From Phoronis australis (taxonomy: Eukaryota > Animalia > Phoronida): a stretch of DNA of 64,000 nt. How positions within the stretch are numbered: the first letter of the stretch is position 1; every line of letters begins with the position of its first letter. The stretch spans positions 89,977 to 153,976 of the forward strand of contig NMRA01000410.1 of NCBI GenBank assembly GCA_002633005.1, written 5' to 3'. A model generated the notes under the pieces. It was not told where the DNA came from and did not search any database. It saw only the letters and a list, made by a program, of their open reading frames with translations. Shown here piece after piece: positions 53,135 to 64,000 of this stretch. The translations under genes and the position numbers were made by a program.

Positions 53135-54914
53135 TTTCACCAAACAATAATCAATTTTCACCACAATTATCGATTTAGCCATTCACATATTCCTCCAGTT
53201 CAGCAACACAAGTTACGGTAAAGGAGAAAATGGTTGATCGCGAGGCCAATCATTACAAAATTCTTTTCACCGAACAAAAATTTCACCTTTTTGCCTTAAA
53301 GAATATTCATTTCCAAGTTCACGCATATGCGATCTTGAGATTAAGCAGGATTCCAAGTTCATGCTCAGCATTGTGACTGTTGTGTGAACTTGGAATCTAG
53401 TATGTGCCACACTGCCACCGTCTCTACTTAGCAGTAGAAACGGTGATACTTCCATGTAGCACCTTCATATGCCATATTAGCTTTTCAACAAATTGTGCCT
53501 CCTCGTACTGATTAAACCATCAAAATCATGTTGCTATAAGGACTTTTTGCGCAGAGAGAGACATCAGGAGGGCGTGGATGGCTTTAATTCTTTCGAACTC
53601 AAACAAATATTCATGTAATGGAACTTGTTTTCGACCAGTCCTTCGTTCAGTAGCCCAAATTGGCAACTGGCCATTTTTACACTACTCGTGCTTGGAGATA
53701 TGAAGGCCTTATGGGCCGCATCAGTCTCTAAGGCCTACTCCTAAGTAGAGACAGTGGCACTGTCTACTTGGTATCCTGCTTAATCTAATGTTTGGGTTTC
53801 ATGAACGTGATTATTTGAGTGAACTTGGCAAGTTTCCTTGTGCATTCCAAGTTCACGCATACACAATCTTGAGATTAAGCAGAATTCCAAGCTCGTGCAC
53901 AGCATATTTCTTTCTGGTCGGTGCTACCTCGATCCGCAGTCTCAGTTTCGAAAAATGCAACACTCAAAGAATCATATTGATTGTTTTTTGCTTGCCTGAA
54001 TCACTGTTTTCCGTTTGTTTGTATTTTCATCGTGCAAAAACCAAAACGGGGGTTTTGCGTAAGAATGACCTTTGTTGGACGAAGTCCCTAACGGCCTAAG
54101 TCTGAGCAGTATAGTCCTGACCCTAAAATTGAGAACTCATGTAGCCCTCAGCCTACAAGATCGAGGGGCAAACTATTTTTTGTGATTTGTAATATTCAAG
54201 TCAGGCCATGAAAATGATGTGCAGCAAAAAATTTTTATGCGCCTACATATTTATATGTGGACGCATTATGCCGTCATCTCCGTCTGTCCGTCCGATGTCC
54301 GTCCATCCGGCGTCCGCTGCTCTATCTCTAAAACCCTTTGACGTATGTTCATGTAATTTTGTGCATATGATTCTATCATGGAAGGAACGGCATGAGCGAA
54401 CTTTTGGACGGATCCGAATACCGGTGTGCCCCCTAGTGGCAATTTTAGTTTTTTATGTTTACCTCTATAACTAAAGGTCTTCAACGTATTTTGATAAAAT
54501 TTGGCTTGTAGGCATCTATTAGTGAGATGACGCAATTGTACTGTTTTCAGATAGATTTGACATGATTTGCGCCACCTAGTGGCCATTTTTACTGTTTTCG
54601 AGTATGTTTTTAGGAGTTCACCCATCTATCAACCAAACCGCTCCAAGGATGATTGTGGAAATTGTCATGTATGTTTTTGCTATGAAGAGGACGGCTGACC
54701 ATTATTTTTCAACGATTTTGACGACTGTGGCACCTCCTAGTGGCAGTTTTTTTTTTTGTGCCCATGGCTGTATCTCCTAAACTGTTAGCAGGATCTGTAC
54801 TTAATTCAACAAGTGTATTTATATGATGTTGACAATGGATGATGACAACTTTCGGACGAATCTGAGTACTGGTGTGCCCCCTAGTGGTAATTTTAGTTTT
54901 TTACGTTTACCTCC
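53135..54914 (+). repeat. ~1.77-kb direct repeat, copy 2
   Basis: Colinear with 45036-46806. Confidence 0.9.
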
Positions 54915-56722
54915 ATCTATATCTTCAAAAGTCCTCTTGACATAGTTTGCTCCGGGCTGTTCCAGTAAAATCCGTGTGGTAGGGGGGGGACGGCAGTAGA
55001 AATAAAAATTCATGGGTGGTGGTCTTCAGAAAAAAACACAAATTATGGGTGGTTGTTCCTGTAAGAAGTGATGCATTAAAAATGGATGGTATTTTTTGAC
55101 CTGTTGATGTTGACAGGTTGGTTACTTCAGCCGCCAAAACTAAAAAAAATGCAATTGGCATATATCCTAACTTATCCCAATGCAAAAAAGCCCATATTGC
55201 CAGTGAACAGAGTGCAATATGTTCACTAAGCCATTAATCAAGTCATGGGCAACTTGATTTGAGCCAACTGTTTGCCTGCAGTCCTCATTGAATTGAAAAG
55301 TTATGCAACACTAAACTGGTGTTAACACATATAAGAAAATTGATGATTTTTAAATATAAGGTATGAGGAGTAAGATAAACAAGTTCCAATATTCACTTAA
55401 CATAGAAGTATAAAAGAGTTCGTGGAGACAGTTCAAGATTCATAGATCCTTATAATTGAAAAAATGTTCATTGAAATTATAGACACATGGTGAACAGAGA
55501 CACCTGGTGGCTGCCAAAAGTATTGCTCACAGGCTACTTTAGTTTTTGACAATATTGGACAATACAACTAGTTCTTGTCTGTCTATCATCTAAGTTCTTA
55601 ACAGGACCCCCTGGAGGCAATTTGTTTGCAAGTGTTGGATTTTGTATTTTAACCTATTAAAAATAATTAAAGAATTATGGGTCATGGGTTGGAGAAATAA
55701 ATAAAAAATATGGGCGGTGGGTACAAAATAAAAGTGCCTTCCCCCCCTCCCATACAGATTTTGCTGGAACAGCCCTCCACCTAGTGGCCATTTTTACTGT
55801 TTTTTAGTGTGTTTTTTGGCGTCCATCCCTCTATCAACGAGACCGCTCTAAGGATGATTGTGAAAATTGGCATGTATCTTCTTACTACGAAGCTGACGAT
55901 GATTTTCCGACGACTTCGACTACTGTGGTGCCTCCTAGTGGCAGTTTTGTTTTTTTCGCGCCTATGGCTGTATCTCCTAAACTGTTTGCAGATCTTTGCT
56001 AAATTTAACAAGTGTATTAAAATGATGTTGACAATGGATGACAACTTTCGGACTTTTTGTGTGCCCCCTAGTGGCAATTTTAATTTTTTAGGCTTATCTC
56101 TATCTTCAAAGGTCCTCAATGGATTATCAGAAAGTTTGTAATATAGGCATTTATTGGTGAGATGATGCTATGCTCCCACTTTCGGATGGAATCAAGGTAC
56201 TTTGCGCCATCTAGTGGCCATTTTTCCTGTTTTTGAGTCTTGTTTTTTGGCGTCCAGCCCTCGATCAACCAAACTATTCTAAGGATGATTTTGAAAATTG
56301 TCGTATATGCTCTCAGTGTGAAGAGGATGGTTGATGATAACGAATTCGACTACTGTGGTGCCTTCTAGTGGTAAATTTTGTTTTAGTTTGCCTATAGCTG
56401 CATCTCCTAAACTCACTGCAGGATCTTTTTCAAATTTAGTAATTGATATGAAGCTAACAACAGATGACGATGTCTTTCAGGCGGATCCAATGAACGCTGT
56501 GCCCCATAGTGGCAGTTTCATTTTTTCTGTTTTCCTTTGTTTCTCTGAAGTTCCTTGACAGATTTTTATGAAATTTGGTAATAAAATAGTTTTCTATTAA
56601 AAAAGCAATGGCGTGTTCCCATTTTCAGTGGCTATTTTTATGAAACAAATAAACAAGCCTAGAAGCACTCCGTTTGCGGTGCATTCGTGGGCGCATTTCA
56701 TCGTTCCGCGCTGCTCTTTTTT
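54232..56722 (+). mobile_element. Full-length Helentron-associated (HINE-like) element with central ~150-bp tandem array
   Basis: 5' T-run with subTIR ATGCGCCTAC and its nearby inverted copy, a (GTCC/GTCT)n tract, ~10 tandem units, 3' subTIR GTGGGCGCAT at 56687-56696, short stem CATCG-ttccg-CGCTG and a T-run. Confidence 0.75.
54954..55775. mobile_element. MITE with GGGCTGTTCCAG TIRs and 3-bp TSD (TCC), nested in the HINE array
   Basis: tcc|GGGCTGTTCCAGTAAAATC ... GATTTTGCTGGAACAGCCC|tcc. Removing it restores tttgctccacctagtgg of the host repeat. GG termini with a 3-bp TSD fit PIF/Harbinger or Zator. Confidence 0.8.
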
Positions 56723-58105
56723 ATAGTGCAAGAAGAAACAAGTAGTTTTGATGTTTGTACGGATGGCAAAATGCAATGCGCACACATCTCAGAGCACACA
56801 TGCTGTAAACATTTTTTTTGACGAGATAAGGATCTATTTGGTGAAATCTTTTGAATTTCTCCAATGTCTTGTGGTCAGCTGTACCCCCCCACATCTAACC
56901 ACATAAGGGGCTATAGTTTTATCTCTGGAGTGACTCGATCTATTTACTAGGTCACATAGTGAGGGTGCTTACTGTTTCTTATCAGATCACATCTAAATAG
57001 AAGGCTTGAAAAGCATCCAAACTCTGTGTTTGCATTTTCTTTTAGGGGCATAACAACCAATAGAATCCATAAATCTGAATAGAGGAGTAAAAATCAGACT
57101 GTGGGTTTCTTGAATTTTCAAAATTGGTCAAGTAATAACAATTTCATCAACAAAAACCCAGGCCTTGAGCTATTCATTGGAAAGTAGTTTTTCCACCACT
57201 AACTCACAATAGAAGCTGTACCTGAAAGAATGTGGATTATAAAACTGGTCCTGATAAGGAATCTTGGTTTAAAGGGAATGTTCACCACATGGCAGACGAG
57301 TGGGACACAAGTCCTCAAATCAAAGAATCCAGACGGTGTCACACAAGTGATCATCTGCCTACTTAAGATGACTTCTGTCATGACATGAATCCATTTAAAC
57401 AAGTTACCCCGTATCATCACGGTTACTTCTAGACAGCCAATATTCATTGGAAAGGATTTTGCATACAGAGTCTGTGAAAGCAGTCTAAACAGTGAAAATG
57501 CCGATTGTGACCTATTTCATTATGTTCCATTAAGTCAGTGTGTTCCAGTGAATGATCATCAGACATACCTCTGGGTTTAAACTGACGGGTAAAACTTTAC
57601 CAGCTGGGAACAGTCGCATTAAGATTCCAGTATAAACACTTTAATGATGTCCCTCAAACTTTTATACATATGACATCTTTTCCATCTGTAAAATGGTCAA
57701 TGCTCTGCTAGTAGCTATGATGCCGACTGTTGCATATTCCGCCACACACATGCCTATATGTTTGTATTTGTAGCTTCTGCTGCTATAGAATATTCATGCT
57801 CATCCTAGAAAGTTGTGACCACAGGGCCAGCTCAAGTCACTAGGACCCCTACTGTGTTGGGGGTTCCCGAGAAACTTTGTTCTGGTGCTGACTTATGGAA
57901 CACAAATGTATAACTGAACTATTCACGTTTGCCAAGCTTTTAATAAAAGGATGCTATTCTTGGCTTTGTCGCATTACCAGATATTATCTGCAACTTGATT
58001 TCTTTAATCTTTCAAAAAAATAATATTCCTTTGTCTTTGTCAACACTCAAAAATTTCGAGGAAGTTTGACCTCGTCAAAGTTCGATAAGTTTTCAAGCAT
58101 TGTAA

Positions 58106-58603
58106 GGGCTGTTCCAGTAAAATATGTATGGGAGGGGGAAGGCACTTTTTTACCCATCGCCCATATTTTTCTTTTATTTCTCCAACCCACCACCCATAAT
58201 TTTTAATTAGGTTGAAATATAAAATGCAACCACCCGAAATATTTTTAAATTCTGCTTTATTTATACATGGTAATGTACACGTTGGGTTTTATTCTTTTTA
58301 GATATTTTGGGTCCTCAGTGTTTTGTGAGCCGACAATGGTCCAGTAGACAAATGGGCTTGTCTTGTTTTTTGGCAAATTTTGGGTTTATGCCAAGTGAAT
58401 TTTGAAGTTTTTTCAGAGGGTATTGAGATCTGTTTGGCTGAAAATATCCACCACAATGTTTACCAACAAAAAACATCACCCAGTTTTGACAACTTACTTC
58501 TTTCAAGGACCACCCATAAAATTTTCTTCAGAAGGCAATCACCCATAAATTTTTATTTCAACTGCTGTCCCCCCCTGCCTTACAGATTTTGTTGGAACAG
58601 CCC
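58106..58603. mobile_element. Second copy of the GGGCTGTTCCA MITE (opposite orientation), TAA TSD
   Basis: taa|GGGCTGTTCCAGTAAAAT ... ATTTTGTTGGAACAGCCC|taa. Confidence 0.8.
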
Positions 58604-58857
58604 TAAGTTAGTTGAAGCCTGTGGGGAACAGCTGTCCACTTAAAGTGGCCGGATCCACTCTTTCGCTCAGTGAGGGAGAGTTTTAGCTGATTAACAATCT
58701 CTCTGCTCACAAGAGGTGCCGTAATGTCAACTGACAGAGCCAACTCTTGAATGAGTTCACAAAAAACACATCTTATTTTTGTCTTTAGTTAACGAAATTT
58801 ATTTCAAATTCTAACGTTTTCTTTGTGCCTGTTTCAGGTTTATCATTTTTTACAGAA

Positions 58858-61800
58858 ATGAATGAAAACATACCAGTGGCTGCTGAGCAGACTTTGGACA
58901 CATTCCAGTTGGTTAACACTTTCAATGTTCAAAAGGTTTGTCATGCATCATAAAAAACAACTTTTGGTTTACACAATTTATCCGTATGAAATTAGTGTCT
59001 TATTGTTCTTCAGTAAAATTAGAGACGATTTCAGGGATTCAAAGGAATCATTAGGGTGTTCTCCCATTCCATTAATTTCGCTTCTATCGAAGCTTTGCTG
59101 TTAAATGTGGTTAACCGCAAAGTGAAGCTGTAGTGTTCCCATCAGCTTCGGAGTTATAGTTCAGTTAAGTTATCCCAAGGCAGCGCTAATATGACCATTG
59201 GTCATATGCCTTGCTGTTTTTGTCGATGCTTGCCATAAAAAATGGCAAAGACCTCTAGAACGTCAACTTCACAAGGCAGCCAATGGTCTTCACGTTGGGA
59301 CGCTGACGATGTACTAGAAAATTACATGTGAAAATTTTGACTTTTGAGCTAGCTAACAGCTGATCCAAACAATGCGGTATGACGTGACGGGAACTCGTTG
59401 TGGGTACACTTTATGCTCAGTGTTTTTTTTAATGTAAAGAATCCAGCAAATACTTGGATAAATTGATACAGAATGCTTCTACTCCCAGCATAATGATTAT
59501 TAGAACAAAATATTAACAATTAGTAACCTGTCACCGCCCGCAGTTGGCAAACACAGGCTGTAACCCCTGCCGATAACTCCTATGGCATCAAAGTTAACTG
59601 TTCTCTTTGTAGTGAAGAGTCGACACTTTGCTGTTAAATGCACCTCTTTACTTTGGAGTTAACTCGCACTGTTAGCTTTGATTCAAGACTGAAATTAAGC
59701 TTAGGCAACGCCGAAGCTTCGTAGCCAATGGGAGAAGCCTTGATGACTTTAACAGACTTACGCTTGTTGTGAATTATGATAACATCTGGCTCTTTTTTTT
59801 TAACTGCTGAGCGCAGACTTTTGTGTGCTATGTCAACATGCAAGCTAATTTTCTACCATGCTTCAAAGAGTTACTGAAACGGTTGGGACAGAATAGATTC
59901 TCCTAACTTCCGGTTGTAGTTGGACATAGTTGGACAATTATAGTGATTCAATAACTAAACATGATCAGAATTTGATCAGGAATTCAGAATGTGTTATTGG
60001 TTCATGTACAAACAGTTTACAACTTATCTTTTACTTGTAATAGCACAAGCCAGTCAGTCTAGATAAGATCTTATCAGGAGTAAAGCAATTATACCACAAT
60101 GCAGTTAATCAATACTGGCTACAATGGTCAACCCGCCAACTCGTTCCTTTGCTATCCGATTAAACAAGTTGGGGTCAACGGGAGAACACCATAATGCTAT
60201 GGACACAAAATGGCTGACAAGTGAAATTTATTTATTATTTTTTTTTTCATAAAAGATAAGTATCACACAATAAAGGTTTTACCAGTCTTAACTTGTATAC
60301 CGTAGCTCCTTTCGGACAACTTTTAAGAAATTGGGCATTCACAATCATGATAACGTGTCATTTTATTCATTGAACATGGTCTCACGGAATAATGAGCATT
60401 TAGTTGTTTGTGAACCCAGAAATCATCGTTCATCTGAGTTAAAAGCAAGCTTAGACCTATATGCTGGTAAGTTGTCTAAATCAAAATTTCGCCTTTTGGA
60501 CTTTAAGTAAAGCGAGTGGGGTTGGTGCTGCCACCCTGTGGCCACCTTCATGCTTCAGGTTGGGGGATATAAATTTCAGCCCTGATTTTGTGCATGGTGG
60601 TGATTCAGTTTGATTAATATTTATGAGGGCAAATATATTCATAGTAATGTAATGAGCAAGTCACACTATTGTGGTGGTTGAATGATTTCAATATCACTGC
60701 AGAATATGAGTAATTCCTGTGGGCCATTCCCTATTTTCTTATTTGCCTAGCCTAAACTAATTAAGTTGTTTTTTGTATTGGCTTAGACAGTGAGCCACTG
60801 GACTCAGCTCTATTCCTACAGTAAAACCTTGCCAAATTTGGACAAAAATACTTGCCTGTACTGACTGTTACAATTTTCAAAGGCTTCCAGCATTGGTGTG
60901 AATGTCCACAAGTTCTATAAAAATTGTCTCGTGGTAGTAATGGTTATATTAGGTTTATGAAAAAATGGGTATAAAATTTTCACATCTGCCATAACATGTC
61001 CTAAAATAATGAGATTTTACTGTAACTCTGAACTTTACTCTATCTGGACAACAATGTCAACAGAAATCAGTTAATTGCATGCCGTGCTTCATCAATTTGC
61101 TTGGTACCATACGCACCAGATAATGCCACTAGGAGTGTGAAAGGTGTCCCTCGGCCATAGGCTTGCCAACAATGGATGTTATAGTCCATCGCAAAGTGAA
61201 ATCTCCTAAGTACTATTGTGTACTAAGACATCTTCATACAAGCCTAAAATAGTCAGTGTTGGCGTTCCAGCTGTTCACTTAGAATGGTAACGTCTTGCCA
61301 ATTTAGGACGCAATATGGCCGACAAGTAAAATTCTATTTTATCATATTTCCATGCAACATATGCAGTACCAGTTTAATGGTTTTTCCATGTTCAAGTTTT
61401 GTATCATAGCTACAAATAGACTTTTTTGAAAAACTGTGGGCGTTCACAACAATTTTTGGAGCCCTTGAAATTTTTTTCAGTCAGTTTTCTCCAAAGTTGA
61501 TGAACTTTTACCATTTTTAACTTTAAATTAGTCTGACTGAGTTGTTTGGATGAATTACATTAAATTGTATAATGGTTGTATAATGGTTGTAATTTAGGAA
61601 AGAAGAACTAGCAGAGGAGATTCATTTCTTAAGAGTTTTCTGACAAAGCATTTGCCTGACGATGCCAGGAACAAATTGGTGGACATGACCTATGAGTCAC
61701 GAGCACTTGATAATGCAGTTAGCAAGGCGAAGAAGAAAAGCACATCAGTCATATCTGGACGTGTGAAGAAACGCAGTGTTCGGATTCGAGAGTTATCCAA

Positions 61801-63744
61801 ATTAGAGCTAAAGCGTGAATATCAAGAGTAAGTTGATAAGATTTTGGCATTTGTATGACTCCGTGTTAAAGTGACCCAAACCACCATTTACCTTGTTTTG
61901 ACATGTACAGTTACAGTTGAACCACATCATAACGAACTGTCCCGGAACCCTTCTATATTGTTTGCTTATATTATCTAATCAAATTTTATGCAGATTGTAA
62001 GTGAGCGCACATTCTAAACCATGTTCCTTGAAACTTGTTGGAATGATAAGAATATTTTGAAACCTTCCATTGTGCACGGCCTATCACCGTCAACTGTGAA
62101 TGCAACTCGCCTATAATGAGAAAACAGAAGATATGTGTTGTTGTTTTTGAGTTTCATCTCATATCTGAGCTTGGCACATGAAGTTTCCATATGCAGTGCT
62201 AGAATACTGGGTATTGTTGATACTTGGCAACATTCGTGTGTTTACCTATGTTTTGTTTAAACATATGATTGATTGGTGATGTGAAATTAGAGGAGCTGGA
62301 CTCGCTTGCGTCGTCAGGATATGGGAGATGGTGTTCATCATAACTTGAAAATTATATTGTTTTATAACTTATGTTCAAAAATTGTTTTCAAATTGTTCTT
62401 TGTGCGTGCTATTATGCTGCACAACAGACTTGTGTCACGTTTTTTTTTTTAATTTCCACACCTCTTTTATATTCCAGGTATGATATTTACTTACCTATGC
62501 ACAATCTTTGGAAAGATTACATGAGGAGTATTGTAAATTTTAAAAAGTAAGTGTCATCTCAGCTGTTGATTTCTGGTGTAAATGTGGTTGTTAAATGCAA
62601 TTATGCACATACAGTCAAAGTTAAGCTACCATGTACCCTTAGTGTGTAGCATATCGGTGAATGATTGTAATTCTTGAATTTGGAACATACAATATTGCCT
62701 CTTTCTAAAATTCGGTACAAGCTCCAGCCTTAAGCAAAATGATTTATTTTTACCATCTCAAACTGGAGAATTCTTACACTAGTTTTCTAGTCAAGAAACT
62801 GTACAGTTGCCAAAGGTAATTTCTTCTTCTTATAGTTTGGCTGGGAACAACTTGAAATCTTGTTATCCACATCTCCTGAAAGCGGATTACCATGGCTGTT
62901 TGATCAAAGTGCTGAAGTCAAAGTGTCCATCGTATGTGGATGCCAGTGGCATCGTCATTCAGGAAACCAAAAACATGTTTAGAGTCATCACACGAGATAA
63001 TAAATTAAAATGTAAGTATGACCAATGACCACCAGGTGGTGATGTTTTGATTCGTCGTTTGAACACTGCTTAATTGATTATCTTGACAGCTTGTAATAAA
63101 AATTACAAATTTTTAAAGGCGCTGCATTTTCATAGTTTGCTAAATATGGTAGTGACTTTGGGTTTGTAAAGTAATACCCATATTTAAGTACAGTAAATCT
63201 CGCCAATTTAGGACAAAAATTTAATGTGAATGCTCACATTTTTTACAAATATTTGCATTGGTACCTATGGTACAGAACTTGAAAGTGGTATAAAGAATTA
63301 ATTTGCTACATATCCTTTATTAAAAAATGAGAAAACAAATTTTTTTTTTGTGAGATTCTGTTGTATTTGTTTTATTTCTATGGTATATCATAATCCTTAG
63401 AACTGCTGTGTTACAAAAATGTACCCTGTTTATAACATTAGCAGTCATACTACTTACAAACTTGCATTGTACTGTTGTTACTTAATAAACACAAGTCTTA
63501 CCCGGTTACAACCAACTGTCATTATAATGTACAGATTTCAAAGGTCCCTTGGTGTACAGGGTAGCAAAGATTGACTTATTGTTAAGTGTTCTTTTTACTT
63601 TCAGCTTTTCCAAAAGCCAACAGTGTGTTTACCTTTGATCTTGACGGCTACAGATTCACCATATACGGTAACCAGTTCAGGTATAAGTCTGGAGAAAGGG
63701 TTAGCAAACAGTTTAAAGCTAGGAATGTAACTCTGGACTTGTGA
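58858..63744 (+). CDS. POP4: Ribonuclease P/MRP protein subunit p29, 230 aa
   Basis: Exons 58858-58935, 61598-61827, 62478-62546, 62836-63011 and 63605-63744, GT-AG and in phase. Motifs YLPMHNLWKDYM, LLKADYHGCLIKVLKSKCPSYV..SGIVIQETKNMFRVITRDNKLK and FPKANSVFTF..YGNQFRYKSGERVSKQFK match RPP29. The first coding exon is the least certain. Confidence 0.92.
60819..61022. mobile_element. Tc1/mariner-like MITE with TA TSD
   Basis: TA|CAGTAAAACCTTGCCAAATTTGGAC ... GTCCTAAAATAATGAGATTTTACTG|TA. Confidence 0.65.
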
Positions 63745-64000
63745 CTAGATGTACATGCTGGCTAAGTTTACTGGAAAAATGCAGTGCGACTGTCGTCACA
63801 GTTGGTAACTGGCATCAAGTGATGTACGATTTCAGCCAAGAATGTAGCAGCATTTGCGAGATGCGATTGTGTTTTGAGAAACACAATGGTGCTGTCATGG
63901 CCGTTTTAGGAGCTTGTGCACATGGGTATTCGAGAGCTGGAAGTTGATGCAGACTATGGTGGTTCATTGGGTGTGTTGTGTGGTGACCTGGGATTGGGGA

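Noticed and set aside
54426-56513. Regularly spaced conserved motif resembling a CRISPR array
   Set aside because: The intervening sequences are homologous to each other (satellite units), the context is eukaryotic and no cas genes are present.
57199-57720. Minus-strand stretch with moderately open frames inside the POP4 intron
   Set aside because: Interrupted by stops with no convincing family motif; at most an unidentifiable relic.
63742-63947. POP4 TGA as selenocysteine, and the 63741-63947 ORF as an extension
   Set aside because: The TGA sits at the conserved RPP29 C-terminus, no SECIS was recognised, and that ORF is in another frame.

Overview
AT-rich, intron-rich animal genomic DNA, probably a marine invertebrate (species not identifiable from sequence), from a gapped assembly (single Ns at 4306 and 39335, 765-N gap at 47107-47871). 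Most ORFs in the supplied track are spurious. Three conserved spliced genes were reconstructed by hand with consistent GT-AG phases: CFAP20 (+, 5 coding exons, 191 aa), GLG1 (-, 24 coding exons, about 1203 aa) and POP4/RPP29 (+, 5 coding exons, 230 aa). At 1.9-5.9 kb lies an ISL2EU-type (PIF/Harbinger-related) transposon relic. Its 4-exon THAP-HTH reading frame (383 aa) is intact, while its DDE core and an antisense intronic YqaJ nuclease have decayed, so it is a candidate domesticated gene. The GLG1-POP4 interval is a nest of repeats: MITEs, a foldback-like element, and two copies of a Helentron-associated (HINE-like) element whose ~150-bp tandem units each carry a co-oriented CTCF-consensus motif. 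Also noted: a UGA-CUAG readthrough context on POP4 and a doubled GLG1 exon 3 that is probably a haplotype mis-join.
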